From assembly GCA_963842085.1 (NCBI GenBank), contig CAWJET010000002.1, positions 1,280,001 through 1,344,000 on the forward strand: 64,000 nucleotides of DNA, in the 5' to 3' direction. Every line of letters starts with the position of its first letter. The stretch's first letter is position 1. Source of the DNA: an uncultured delta proteobacterium (GTDB taxonomy: Bacteria; Desulfobacterota; Binatia; Binatales; Binataceae). This document shows, in pieces, positions 1-10,571 of this stretch. The position numbers and the translations under genes were made by a program. Under the pieces are notes generated by a model. It was not told where the DNA came from and ran no database searches. It saw only the letters and a list, made by a program, of their open reading frames with translations.

Positions 1-120
1 ATAGACCTCGCGGATGCGGCGTTGGTGCGGGCCGCCAGGCGCGAAGCCCTGCGCCGCGTCTTCACTATCGACCGGCAAGACTTCGAAATTTATCGACCCC
101 ATCGCTTGGGACGGTTCTAG
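1..120 (+). CDS. 3' end of PIN-domain (VapC-like) toxin, window-truncated; ends at the IS630 insertion site
   Basis: Frame 1 reads IDLADAALVRAARREALRRVFTIDRQDFEIYRPHRLGRF*, with the PIN C-terminal D..DA...T.D..DF pattern. Confidence 0.65.
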   Translation: MDLADAALVRAARREALRRVFTIDRQDFEIYRPHRLGRF

Positions 121-1280
121 TGTCATGAGTCATAAGTACGATGAATAATTTGTAGTCAGTCGGCGTCTTTCGTATAGGAGGAAGGATGCCGATGCGGACG
201 GGGAGACCGATAGCACCTGTGAGTTTGGCGAAAGATGAGCGTGCGGCGCTGGAGCGCTGGGCGCGACGACCGAAGAGCGGGCAAGCCTTGGCCCAACGCG
301 CGCGGATTGTATTGGGGTGCGCCAGCGGCAGGCCCAACACCGCAGTCGCGCAGGGGCTCGGCGTGACCCACCAGACGGTGGGCAAATGGCGCCAACGATT
401 CCTGGAGCGGCGGCTGGCGGGCTTGCTCGATGAGCCGCGGCCAGGCGCCCCGCGCCAGGTGGGCGACGCGCAGATTGAGCGAGTGGTGCGGCTGACTTTG
501 GAGAGCGCGCCCGCCGACGCCACGCACTGGAGCACCCGCGCGATGGCCAGGCGCTGCGGCTTGAGTCAGAGCACGATCAGCCGCATCTGGCGGGCGTTTG
601 CGCTGCAGCCCCATCGGACCGAGGCTTTCAAAGTCTCCAAAGACCCGCTGTTCATCGAGAAGTTGCGCGACATCGTGGGTCTTTACCTCAATCCGCCCGA
701 CCGTGCGCTGGTCTTGTGCGTGGATGAAAAGTCGCAAATTCAGGCGCTCGACCGCAGCCAACCAGTGCTGCCGATGCGTCCCGGCCAAGCCGAGCGGCGC
801 ACGCCTGACTATCTGCGCCACGGCACCACCAACCTGTTCGCGGCGCTTGACTTCAAAGCTGGCACCGTGATCGGCGAGTTGCATCAGCGGCATCGGGCAA
901 TCGAGTTTCGCAAGTTCCTCGAGACCATCGACCAGGCGGTGCCGGCCGCACTCCAACTGCATCTGATCATCGATAACTACGCCACTCACAAGACTAAGGC
1001 GATCCAGCGCTGGCTGTTGCGTCATCCACGCTTTCACCTACACTTCACCCCGACCGGCGCTTCCTGGCTCAACCTGGTCGAGCGCTGGTTCGCGGCGCTG
1101 ACCGAAAAACAGCTGCGCCGCGGCACTCACCGCAGCACCCGCGAACTCGAGGACGCCATCCGCCGTTACCTGGAGCTCAGCAACCGTCATCCCAAACCCT
1201 TCAGCTGGACCAAGACCGCTGACCAAATCCTCGAATCAGTCGCCCGATTTTGTAAACGTTCTTCAGACTCAGGACACTAG
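117..1280 (+). mobile_element. IS630-family insertion sequence, apparently intact
   Basis: Terminal IRs CTAGTGTCATGAGTCATAAG / CTAGTGTCCTGAGTCTGAAG (17/20), CTAG at both ends, encloses the transposase. Confidence 0.92.
186..1280 (+). CDS. IS630-family transposase
   Basis: N-terminal HTH, DDE motifs VDEKSQIQAL, IIDNYATH, SWLNLVERWF. Confidence 0.95.
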   Translation: MPMRTGRPIAPVSLAKDERAALERWARRPKSGQALAQRARIVLGCASGRPNTAVAQGLGVTHQTVGKWRQRFLERRLAGLLDEPRPGAPRQVGDAQIERVVRLTLESAPADATHWSTRAMARRCGLSQSTISRIWRAFALQPHRTEAFKVSKDPLFIEKLRDIVGLYLNPPDRALVLCVDEKSQIQALDRSQPVLPMRPGQAERRTPDYLRHGTTNLFAALDFKAGTVIGELHQRHRAIEFRKFLETIDQAVPAALQLHLIIDNYATHKTKAIQRWLLRHPRFHLHFTPTGASWLNLVERWFAALTEKQLRRGTHRSTRELEDAIRRYLELSNRHPKPFSWTKTADQILESVARFCKRSSDSGH

Positions 1281-2111
1281 ATTCTTCCCTGACCGTACGC
1301 GGCGATCGCGAGAGCCGGACCCTTGGTTGCAATCGCCGGCACGCCGCTGGCCGCGCAGGAATCGACGATTTACGCGGCGCAGCCCGCCAGGGATCGGAGC
1401 GCGTTAACCTAGTTCAGCCAGAGCGCGAGGGCGACGTGTGAAGGCAGATGGCAGCGCCTTCGGAGCCATACGCGCACCGACCATCGGCGTCACGCTGTTG
1501 CGATTAGCGAGCTCAAGAAATCGATTCCAATCGACGCCGCGCTCGACCAACGCCAGCATCGCCGTGCTATCCACCCGACGGCCGGACGCCGCACAACATC
1601 ACAGCAACAGCTCGCTCGCGGCATCCAGCGTCGGTGATGTCGCAGAATTCATTTTGATCGTGGGCGTCGCGCGCTGCGCGGTGCAACCAAGGATTTTAGT
1701 CGATCGCGAAGCACGTTATCTAACCTTGGTCCTCATTGCGAAACTGCTGTGTTCCGAAGATGCAGGTTTGCCTTAGACGGCAGAAGTGATTTGAACCCGT
1801 CGGAGACTCCAAAAAGTCCAAAAGAATTCTTGGCGTTGACCGTTTCCCAATGGGCCGGATTGTCTTATCCGCTTCATCAGGGCTCGACCGGATGATTCGA
1901 AACGCTACAAAGAGATGAATTTCGCTACGAGATGACGACTATTACGGCTCGATACAACTTTTGCATCATCTAGTAATCTACGCTAAGTTATCATCAGCGA
2001 CGAAGTTATTTCATAGCGTTCTATAATGCCAGAATAGCAAATTTAACTTTGAGTCCAACGCCTTCTTGTCCGAGTGGTCAGTTGTGGGCATGAGGAGGCG
2101 CACGCTGAAGG

Positions 2112-2128
2112 CAGGAACCGGAATTGCA
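2112..2128 (+). promoter_or_regulatory. Putative sigma-54 (-24/-12) promoter
   Basis: GG(2114)-N10-GC(2126) in caGGaaccggaattGCa, just upstream of the ORF at 2154. Confidence 0.45.
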
Positions 2129-2153
2129 GAAAAGAGCGAGGTTTAGATAGCCT

Positions 2154-2645
2154 ATGCGGAATGATTCAGGGAAGGCGGCTTTTGAAGATGATCCACTGAG
2201 TCCGCTATCGGATGTGATCCTGCCCAGTCAGTTCTTCGAATTGGTTGGCGCACAGACCTTTTCGAGCGAGCAACGTCTAATGCTCGCAGTGCTGACCGAC
2301 GCTATTAATGTCCTCGGGGATTCTCGAGTCTCGGCAAATCGCCGCAAACGCAACCGTTTCAATGAAGCGTCGTCTTGGGTCTTCGCCACCGGCATCAGAA
2401 GCCCGCTGTCATTCGATCACGTGTGCGACGCACTCGGCGTGGACGCCGAGGGTCTGCGAAGGCGCCTGTCGGAGTTGGTCTCAGGGCACGGCGGCACTTT
2501 GCTCAGATTGAGACTTAAGCAAGCGAGCCGGATGCAGTGCATGACGGTCAATCGCGTGCGCCGGAGTAAGCGCCGGGCGCACCAAGGTCGTAGGAGTTTG
2601 CTTACCAAAAACCCCTGGCCCCCTCAACGCGCGCCGTTAGCTTAG
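2154..2645 (+). CDS. Conserved hypothetical protein (VILPSQFF..RLMLAVL.DAI..SFDHVCDALG family)
   Basis: Protein-like 163-aa ORF, GAGG upstream; the motif pattern recalls a multicopy family of Binatota-like genomes (recollection). Confidence 0.7.
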   Translation: MRNDSGKAAFEDDPLSPLSDVILPSQFFELVGAQTFSSEQRLMLAVLTDAINVLGDSRVSANRRKRNRFNEASSWVFATGIRSPLSFDHVCDALGVDAEGLRRRLSELVSGHGGTLLRLRLKQASRMQCMTVNRVRRSKRRAHQGRRSLLTKNPWPPQRAPLA

Positions 2646-2935
2646 CTGGCAAAGCGCTCGGAGTTTGCCTTCGGGAGACGCCGGTTCGATCCCGGTGCGG
2701 CGCGCCACTATGAAAGCATACAAAAACCGCAAGGTTCTGCAGGTTCCTATGGTCTGCTGAATCAGGGAAGGGGTTCCGGTACCAAAAGAACTGCGACTGC
2801 TCCGACTGTCTTTTGCAGTGCGCCGGCCCCCTCACCGGGCAGCGAGCAGTGCATCCGCCTTCGGAGATAACACTCGGTTCGGTCGCGCACCCCGCAAGTC
2901 TGGACCCAACCAACCTCAGAGCGCGAATCACCTGA

Positions 2936-3300
2936 TTAGTTACTTTGGTCGCGCTGTCGGGCACGATAGTCGCGTGCTGCATACCTGGTCGGGACTTTTC
3001 TCTGGACGCATGTGGGGCAGAAGCGCCTGTTTCCCTCGCGATGCCGGTGAGCGGGAAGGAGAGACCGCAATTAGTGCATTGGGCAAGCTGTCGCCCTCCG
3101 GCGACTACCCCAGCAAATTGGAACGCGATGCTGGAACACGCCAGTGATGGCAAACGTGACCTGGATTCCACGCCGCCGGGCCTCTTTCTCATCAACATCC
3201 ATGTAACTCACGAGCGGCACGGCGCCCAGTTCCAAGAAGTTTTGGGCGCTGTTCCTTCGGGCATGCATGCGCTACGGGAATTGCACGAGGCGACTAGGCT
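2936..3300 (-). pseudogene. Frameshifted zinc-finger (CGNR-like) protein remnant
   Basis: QCTNCGLSFPLTG, then after a frameshift HREGNRRFCPTCVQRKVPTRYAARDYRARQRDQSN*; 5' boundary approximate. Confidence 0.45.
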
Positions 3301-3976
3301 CTTTCAAGCGCGCTCAGCCGCGGAGCGCAGACTTGGAAACCTGAAGGCCGTTCTTGCTGAGGGCCCGCACCTCATGCGTGAAGGACTCGCTGACGTTTGG
3401 CGTGGCGCTGGAGTGGGACCACCCACGCGGAAACGTTCACCTCAAATGCGTTCGCTACTCCCTTCGCTTAGGCGACGATGACGTTCCAAGATCTGGCCGA
3501 GGGGCGTGCGCTGGAATGTCCTGGGCGCGGGCGCGTGCTCGTTTCCGGAGCCTATCAGGCACGCTTTTGTTCGGTTCGCTGCAGGTGTGTCGTGCAAAAG
3601 GGTGAGTATAGCGAGTCGCACGAACCGTCCAACCGATCCGAAAAACTAGACTCCTCCCCACGCCTGACACCGGTTGCACCGTTCCGCGATTACGCACAGG
3701 TCTGTGCTTGCGTCAGACTTCTCGGCTGGTGGCGTCCGCCGAATCCGCAACCCCTCGATTTATATAATGATGCGCTACAACCAATCCGACCCATTTTATA
3801 AGTTTCAATCAATATTTCCCGCTTATCTGGAGATTAGGCCCCCTTATCAACCGCCTCATGGCATCAGCGGTGCGCACCAACCCGCCTTTTGTTCCCAAAC
3901 ACCCTACGGCGAGTGCAGCGGTCTGATGGGAAACCGGTCTCCGAGTGGTCGGCAAAGCGTTGTTCTTTTTTTAAAA

Positions 3977-4053
3977 TAGGACTGCTCTATTTAATTTAAA
4001 TCTCTTTGAATTGACTATCGGGTGCTTTCGTTGTATCTAATCTTTCTACGGAG
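3977..4053 (+). repeat. AT-rich promoter-like block, copy 1
   Basis: Nearly identical to 15780-15866; contains TTGACT...GCTTTCGTTGTATCTAAT. Confidence 0.75.
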
Positions 4054-4180
4054 CAGATAGCATGAGTTCTCGGCGTACGCGCTTACGCGCCGGGGCGGTC
4101 GCGATTCAAGTGAAAGCAGGGCGCCACCTGGCGCAACTGATGTTCATTACGATGTTCGCAACAGATGTGGAGGTGTTTCG

Positions 4181-4600
4181 ATGAAAACCGAAGACGCACT
4201 CCGAAAGATCGCGCTGTTGCGGAGGGTGAAAACCGACAATGGAGCCGCAGCGGCAGAGGCCGAGACTGCGGCCCACCTGCAGAAGGCGCTGATGGAGCGC
4301 TACGCGATCACGGCCGAGAACATTTTTGCCGTTTCACGGACGACCTCTCGCTTGACTTGGATTTACTGGCAGGAACTGCTGCAGGAGTTCGGCCTGCGCT
4401 TGGACCAATTTGGGCATCGCGGCAGCGCCACGGTTGGGAACAACAGCAAGGTCCACATCAGGCTTGACAAAAACCAATGGTGGATCGAGGAGAGGTCCCC
4501 GGGCGGTAGGCAAACCACGGCTCGCAACTGGGGCGTCGAATCGCTGCGCAAATACCTTAACGAGCACGCGCCAAGGAGCTACTCGTTTTTCAGGCGCTGA
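4181..4600 (+). CDS. DUF2786-like domain protein
   Basis: N-terminal KI..L.....NGA...EAETAA...ALMERY pattern; GGAGG RBS. Confidence 0.65.
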   Translation: MKTEDALRKIALLRRVKTDNGAAAAEAETAAHLQKALMERYAITAENIFAVSRTTSRLTWIYWQELLQEFGLRLDQFGHRGSATVGNNSKVHIRLDKNQWWIEERSPGGRQTTARNWGVESLRKYLNEHAPRSYSFFRR

Positions 4601-4834
4601 CTGCTGCAACGGTCAGCGCGGGCGTGATTGGTTTCCGGCTTGCTGTCAGCCGCCGCGTGATTCGCCGTCGCCGGCAGCACCGTTGCACGGACCTCAACGC
4701 GACTATTGAGGAGGCATTTGTCGATGCGCTCGGTACCTGCGGTCCGTCCATCAGCTTCACCGGTGTTGCTCGCCAGGAGTGAGGATCCTGCGATGCAACG
4801 AGAGCTGGCCGCAGCAGCGGGAGGATACAAAACA

Positions 4835-4927
4835 ATGAGCGATGATGCTTTGTATGCCATGGGTATAGTGCTGTGCATAGCGGCGTCCATTCTGACCGGG
4901 ATCGCGGCAGCTCTATGGATGCCGTAA
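4835..4927 (+). CDS. Putative 30-aa single-TM peptide
   Basis: GGAGG RBS; MSDDALYAMGIVLCIAASILTGIAAALWMP. Confidence 0.4.
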   Translation: MSDDALYAMGIVLCIAASILTGIAAALWMP

Positions 4928-5088
4928 GACCGGCCGCTCAAGGCGATGGCGACCATAAAGAAAATCTACGTTGAAGTTCCAGAGCATCTGCGTTTTGTCG
5001 CTTCAAGCTTGTAGTGGGCCGAGCTCGTGGACGTTACCGGGCCACTGATTGGCCCACAGCGCGTCCAATGCGCTGCGCGAAACGAACT

Positions 5089-5868
5089 TTACGTCCTTGT
5101 CGAATAGGCAGCGGCTGTAGTGCGCGATGAAATGAGCGACGAGTGGCGGGGTTGTCCTGTAACGTTCCCAAAAGGGTCGAACCAGATTGCCGGAGCGTTG
5201 AGGTAGAGCTCGTCGCGGAATTGCTCCGCCTTCACCATTTGCGCGTCACGATTGGCTGCGACCAGCCGAATATCAACCTCGTAGGAACGTGAGGAACCGA
5301 CGGGCTGGATCTTCTGTGTCTCGACAGCGGGCAGCAGTTTAGGCTGCACGCGCAGCGGGAGTTCGCCGATTTCATCTAGAGGAATAGAGTTCCAACTTTA
5401 GCAGAGCGAAAATAGCCGAGCGAATCCTCGCGCGCATCAGTGAAGCCGCCGCGCACATGGCCGAAGAGCTGCGACTCCGCCAGCGAGTCGACCAAGTTCG
5501 AACAATTGAAGGTCACGAACGGGCCGCTGTCGCCGAGCCGGTCTCCGTCACCAACAGGAGCGCGCAGCCGGAATTCGCCAACGCAATCGCGCAAAGGTTC
5601 GCGCTCGCGCTGATCCGCGCTTTCACCCTCCGTCGCGCTGCCCGCGCCGCGCGCCAAGATCACCAAGAAGCACGCGCCCGCCTTCGACTCCGCTGCATGT
5701 GCTCACCAGCGGCGCTGACCTGAGCCAAATCCATTCCATCGGGCCGCAGGCCGGTGGGGTCGCTGCGCGGTATCCAGCGCTGGCGCAAACCGGTCCCGCG
5801 TACAACCTCCTGAGGAATTGCCAAGCTCTGTCCTGGCGCATGAAGTAATTAATGAGACCATTGCCATT
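5089..5868 (-). pseudogene. Degraded sigma-54-dependent activator (NtrC/Fis-type AAA+)
   Basis: GPFVTFNCSNL..LAESQLFGHVRGGFTDA and VDIRLVAAN..FRDELY in different frames with stops. Confidence 0.8.
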
Positions 5869-6032
5869 TCAGCCGCTCGCTCTAGCCACTCTTTTCGTAT
5901 CACTCACTCATCGCCATTAAAATAAGTAGCGTTAGCACGACACATTGTTGCATCAATCCTACACATTGCAGCAATCGGCGGATTGATAGTGGAGCGCGCC
6001 GCATATTCGGGGCGTTATTGACCAATCGCTCG

Positions 6033-6047
6033 TGGCACATTAATTGC
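6033..6047 (+). promoter_or_regulatory. Sigma-54 promoter consensus
   Basis: TGGCAC-ATTAA-TTGC, exact consensus, divergent from the activator pseudogene. Confidence 0.6.
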
Positions 6048-6475
6048 TGCCCCCCCCCCCCCCTAGGAAGAGGGCGGTTCGGGTGAGCGGGATGAAATGT
6101 GTGAACGCACTGGGAGGGCGCGAGGATGCTGCCAGCCAGGTCAAATGGAATCCGGTATTCGGAACTTGAGATAAGCCAGGCAAGATCCTCGCACCTTGGA
6201 AAACTGAGCCGCCTCCTCCTTAAATTTTGTCCACTCTGGCCGAGAAACTACCGTCTCAAGAAGCCGCGCCGATCGATCGACCGCGAGTTGCAAGAGAGCG
6301 AGCCAATGGATTTGCAGTAGGGCGGCATCACACCGGAGGTTAGGAAGCGGTTGTCGCTGGCGATGAAGAACCCCCGAGCGCTCATACTCGTGCTGGTCTT
6401 GGTTTTTAAATCGCACCGGCATAAAGCTTTTGCGGAGGAAATTTCGTGACTAGGGTCCGCTTGAAAGCGCCGACC

Positions 6476-6790
6476 TCATTGTTGGTCCAGCCTTCCTACC
6501 CCATTGAGCTCCATCGACCAAGGGAGTGCTGAGGTGCACGAGATCTGTCGCTTCGGGTGCAGCTCAGCGCGCTGCTTGATCGCGCCAACGCGGAGCGAAT
6601 AGGTCGGCAGGTCACTGGTCGCGGCGGCACAGATAGGCGTGCCGCAATCAGGACAGGACGCATGCGCACACTTCGTTCCGCTGTCCGCGGTCTTGATGTA
6701 AACCTTCGGCTCGCCTCTGAGCGGCATGAAAACTTTCGGCAGGGGCCGGAATGACGGCGCGATAAGTCCGACCCGGTTAGGGTCTGGCAA
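6476..6790 (-). pseudogene. 5'-truncated GFA/CENP-V family protein
   Basis: KTADSG...CPDCGTPI...SLRVGAI..RAELHPK.QI...SALPW; N-terminal GxCxCG absent. Confidence 0.75.
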
Positions 6791-6855
6791 TAGTGCAGTA
6801 GCAGATGCCCACCGCCGCTAGTCTGTCAACCAGTCAACCGCTTGACGAACGGCAC

Positions 6856-6897
6856 GGAGAGTAGTTCGCATCAGACTGCGCCATCCACCAGCCAGTC
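6856..6897 (+). repeat. tRNA-3'-like/att-like repeat; inverted copy at 31492-31533
   Basis: 42 bp with 2 mismatches to the reverse complement of 31492-31533. Confidence 0.8.
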
Positions 6898-7271
6898 CTG
6901 CGTGCCCCCCGAAACTACTAAGCGCCGTGCCAGACTACGCGCGCGGCGGCGCGCGCGTACACGGAGCAACATGCTTGGCGGACCAGGTTGCGAAGAGGAA
7001 CTATGGTTTGCCTGTGGTGAGGAGTAAGACCGATGGGGAATCGGCGCATTTTGAGAGCGGCCGCGAATGCGGCATGATGCTGGCCTGCTGCCTTCGACCG
7101 GCTCAGCCCGCGGACGCGATCGCAACTGCTGACGGCGAAACTTCAAGTATGCAAAGCAGGTCAAGCAATTGAGGCGCATGGGCTGCGATTAATCTCCTAT
7201 GTGGATCTATGGTTTAGCTCGGCAAGCACTCAACCATGGCTCTGCACAAGCTGGAATATGACAGGTTAAAA

Positions 7272-8048
7272 ATGGCATTCTTTCTGTCTAAATTTTTGCC
7301 TCTTTTTCTCTTACCGGACGGGATGACATGTGTGTTGCTGGTGATCGTCATTACGACGGTACGCAGTCGACCGCGTCTGGCCAAGATAAGCGCAGCAGGC
7401 GCCTTCGGGCTTCTGCTGATAGCCAGCAATCCTGGAGTGAGCCTGCTACTTATGGGCTTTCTGGAGACTCGCAATGTACCGCGCGGGCCTCTGCCCCTCG
7501 CAGATGCGATTGTGGTTTTGGGTGGGGGCGCTCAGGCCGCTCAGCCGCCCAGGCCGACCATTCAAGTGCCCGGCGCGACCGCCAATCGCCTGCTCTACGC
7601 TGTCAAGCTCTATCGTGAAGGGAAGGCTCCAATCGTGATTCTTTGTGGAGGTTCGTGGGCAAAGCAGCTTCCGCCAGAGTCCGAACTAATGTCGCAAATT
7701 ATTGAAACTATGGGAGTGTCACCGTCCGCGGTCGTGGAGGAATCCAGCTCTCGGAATACCTATGAAAACGCGACTGCCGTCAAGATGATCCTCACAAACC
7801 GTAAGATTCATCGGATTTTGCTTGTCACCTCAGCCTTCCATATGCCCCGCGCACTAGCACTCTTCAGAAATCTCGGCATCGAAACCATCCCGGCACCCTG
7901 CGATTTTTTCACGGACGCACCACCAACATTTAGTACCTACAAGAATTGGCAGTCGGGAGCCGTAGCATCTCTGCCGTCTGCCGAGGCGCTAGCGGAGACA
8001 ACCCTGGCTCTCAGGGAGTTCCTTGGGTTCGCAGTGGCTTTATTATAG
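7272..8048 (+). CDS. YdcF/DUF218 (ElyC/SanA-like) membrane protein
   Basis: N-terminal TMs, DAIVVLGGG, SRNTYENA, LVTSAFHMPRA, ALREFLG. Confidence 0.9.
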   Translation: MAFFLSKFLPLFLLPDGMTCVLLVIVITTVRSRPRLAKISAAGAFGLLLIASNPGVSLLLMGFLETRNVPRGPLPLADAIVVLGGGAQAAQPPRPTIQVPGATANRLLYAVKLYREGKAPIVILCGGSWAKQLPPESELMSQIIETMGVSPSAVVEESSSRNTYENATAVKMILTNRKIHRILLVTSAFHMPRALALFRNLGIETIPAPCDFFTDAPPTFSTYKNWQSGAVASLPSAEALAETTLALREFLGFAVALL

Positions 8049-8167
8049 GGCGGACGACCCGATGAATGCATGGACAACGAACACGCGCATCACCCCATTC
8101 AATGCGAAGCTCAAGACGCTGCTGGGCTCGGATATCGGCCATAAGCGCATGCTGAAGACGTACGCGA

Positions 8168-8312
8168 TTGCTGAGGCTGGCGTTTCTTCGCCTAGAGATT
8201 GTCGACGCAGTCGCGGCAGGTCGTCAGCCGCCGGAGCCTAGCGCAGAGGCTCTGGCCGAACATATTGAACTGCCTCTGCTCGGGACCGAGCACGAACAAG
8301 CCGTCGGAATCT
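8168..8312 (+). pseudogene. C-terminal fragment of a large serine recombinase-family protein
   Basis: RLAFL..EIVDAV.AGRQPPE.SAEAL...IELPL resembles the conserved recombinase tail. Confidence 0.55.
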
Positions 8313-8847
8313 CCGAGCAGGTTGGGTTCGATGACTTCCCAGAAATGCTTGGCGGATCAACTGGCAAATCGAGTAGTCGTGTGTCAGGCATGGACATCGC
8401 GATATCGCCACCGCGACCACGACCGCTACGCCGACCCCGATCCGGAGGAGCTTCAGTCTCTCTTCGCTGGTATTCGGAAATAAGGTAACCGTCGGAACTA
8501 CCAGCAAGCCCAAGACGGTACGATCAAGAATCCGGGCCGCAAGAAAAACAGGGTTGGCAATGAAGATTGAGATGGAGAGCGCGTCGCCGATGGTGATCGT
8601 GGTCAACTCGGAATGCGAAGGAACGCTCATGCCCGGCAAGAGCCGCAAAGGTATCGGTGACTTTCAAGCCGACGGACACGACCGAGCAGACTGGCACCCT
8701 GATGATTTGTGATAACGTGACCGGCTCGCCACAGTCCGTTTTGCTGTAATGAACCGGAAAGGCTCCCAAGAAGAAATAAGAAAGGCAGATGGCAGTTCCC
8801 GAAACTCTGCGTTTGCAAACGGTCTGGTCGGGAGTCTGGATCAGGGC

Positions 8848-9150
8848 TCAAGACGGAAATTGCGTTTCAAAGTGGAAATTCCGGTCTTTTAGAGAATTGC
8901 TCGAGTGGGGACGAGGGCGAGAAGGTTCGCGCGCGGGTGCGGGAAGATGGCGGCGCGGCCGAGTTGTCCAGCCGCCAGCTTCATTCCGCCGTGAGCCGTG
9001 GGTGTACGTGCGATACTCCCCGGTCCTGTCATTGATAATGGTTACCTGCACCGTGCCGTTGCTGGACGCGAGGAGCAGATAACGTTCACCCTTTTTAAGT
9101 GATACGCCAAAGATGCGTTTCCGGACCGGCTTACCCTTACCGTTCTTCAT
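8848..9150 (-). CDS. Hypothetical basic protein
   Basis: AGGAG RBS before ATG; 100-aa ORF. Confidence 0.4.
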   Translation of the reverse strand: MKNGKGKPVRKRIFGVSLKKGERYLLLASSNGTVQVTIINDRTGEYRTYTHGSRRNEAGGWTTRPRRHLPAPAREPSRPRPHSSNSLKDRNFHFETQFPS

Positions 9151-9842
9151 TCCCTTCTCCTATTCGAGCGCCCGACAGCACGCGCCGAACGACCAGGCCT
9201 ACTCATTTCTGCGGCCCATAAAGGCGCGGTTTGCCGAAGGCGCGGCTTGCGCAATCATCTCGCTCGTCAAACAGAAACAGGCCCGGAATTCCGGGCCTGC
9301 TCCTACCCCCAGCCTGCTCCCTACGTCTCCCCTTCCCCGCATCGCAACCCGAAGAAACTCGCTCAGCGTGGCGCGACGCGGCTTTCCGCCACGGTCACCG
9401 GACCTATCCATCCCCAGACTCAGCGGTAAATTTTGCCAGTCGTGAACCATCTTCGACACAACGATCGCCAATCGCAATCATCGCCCACAATCAAAACAAG
9501 ATCGTTGCGACGATCTAAGTATCGATCCTCAGCTGGTTCGCATCGAACCGATCCCGCCGCGCTTGCCTCCTGCTAAGGTTGTTTTCGCAAGAGCTGGGCC
9601 ATGCGAAGAGGAGGATCGGAATGTTCAGGACAGTTCGACCGTGATGAATTTCCCACTTTAAATTCAGTCGATTATTCTCTAGTCTCCGCTTGCCCGGACC
9701 CTCGTGTTTGAAACTGCTACGTTTTGTAGCATTTCTGCAAAAGTCATAGTTGCACGGATGCGCCTCGTTTCCGGCGATTTGATCTCGGCGGGGCAGCTTC
9801 CAATTCGGTTGCGAAGGTTGCTAAACGCAATCCCGGGCATAT

Positions 9843-10057
9843 TGTTGTCGGCAATATTCCCTACGGGCCGCGCCGGAGTAAAACTCCAGCAGCAGATAGC
9901 CTTCAGCCGTGGAGGGTTGAAGGCGGAGGGATGAAAGGCGTGGAACTGTATGGGCAGGTGCGACGAACGGTTTATGTTGAGGGGCTGAGCCGGCGTGAGG
10001 CAGCGCAGCGGTTTGGGATCGACCCGCGGACGGCGGCGAAGATACTAGCGTTCTCGG
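9843..10057 (+). mobile_element. IS21-family remnant (left end plus istA 5' fragment)
   Basis: TGT-starting end, then ATG at 9931 reading MKGVELYGQVRRTVYVEGLSRREAAQRFGIDPRTAAKILAFS (IstA HTH). Confidence 0.8.
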
Positions 10058-10193
10058 CATGTATTTTCTCTAGGTTTTGCCCGATTGTGGCGTGATTTTT
10101 GGCGATGCAGGCGAAAAGGCGGCGGCTCAGGTGATCTGGCAAGAGAAGTTTCGGAATGTTGCGCTCGATGCGCGGCGGGCGGGACGTGTCACT

Positions 10194-10571
10194 TCACTTG
10201 TTTGCTTTCGGCCCTGGTCGCGTGAGGAGAGTTCTGAACTGACGAATGTTGGCGCGCTGAAGGTCGTTAAGACGCTCCAGCAACGCCACGCCGCGACCTA
10301 ACAACTGGTCATCACGCTTCGCTGCTCGGTTTTTTTCTCCGACGTTGCCTGATTGCTCGTAAAGCATCTGAATTTGGTTCCACAGGTCGTCAGTCATTTT
10401 CAATCTCGCTCTGATTTCATCGGCCTCAGAGCGAAATATCGTCACCGTCTCACCTGCTCGCCGTTTTCGCTCCCACTCGGCCATTACCTCTCGGAACTCT
10501 CGTGCGCGGACGACGAATTTCGCTGCCGCACCGAAGACTTTACGGCGATCCATGACGGGAAAGAATCTCAT
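10194..10571 (-). CDS. Hypothetical helical protein
   Basis: 125-aa ORF with protein-like composition; no motif recognised. Confidence 0.4.
   Translation of the reverse strand: MRFFPVMDRRKVFGAAAKFVVRAREFREVMAEWERKRRAGETVTIFRSEADEIRARLKMTDDLWNQIQMLYEQSGNVGEKNRAAKRDDQLLGRGVALLERLNDLQRANIRQFRTLLTRPGPKANK

Noticed and set aside
156-1037. 293-aa antisense ORF, and similar long shadow ORFs (35916-37037, 42428-43594, 56745-57857, 62804-63985)
   Set aside because: They overlap well-supported genes, lack motifs, and are expected in GC-rich DNA.
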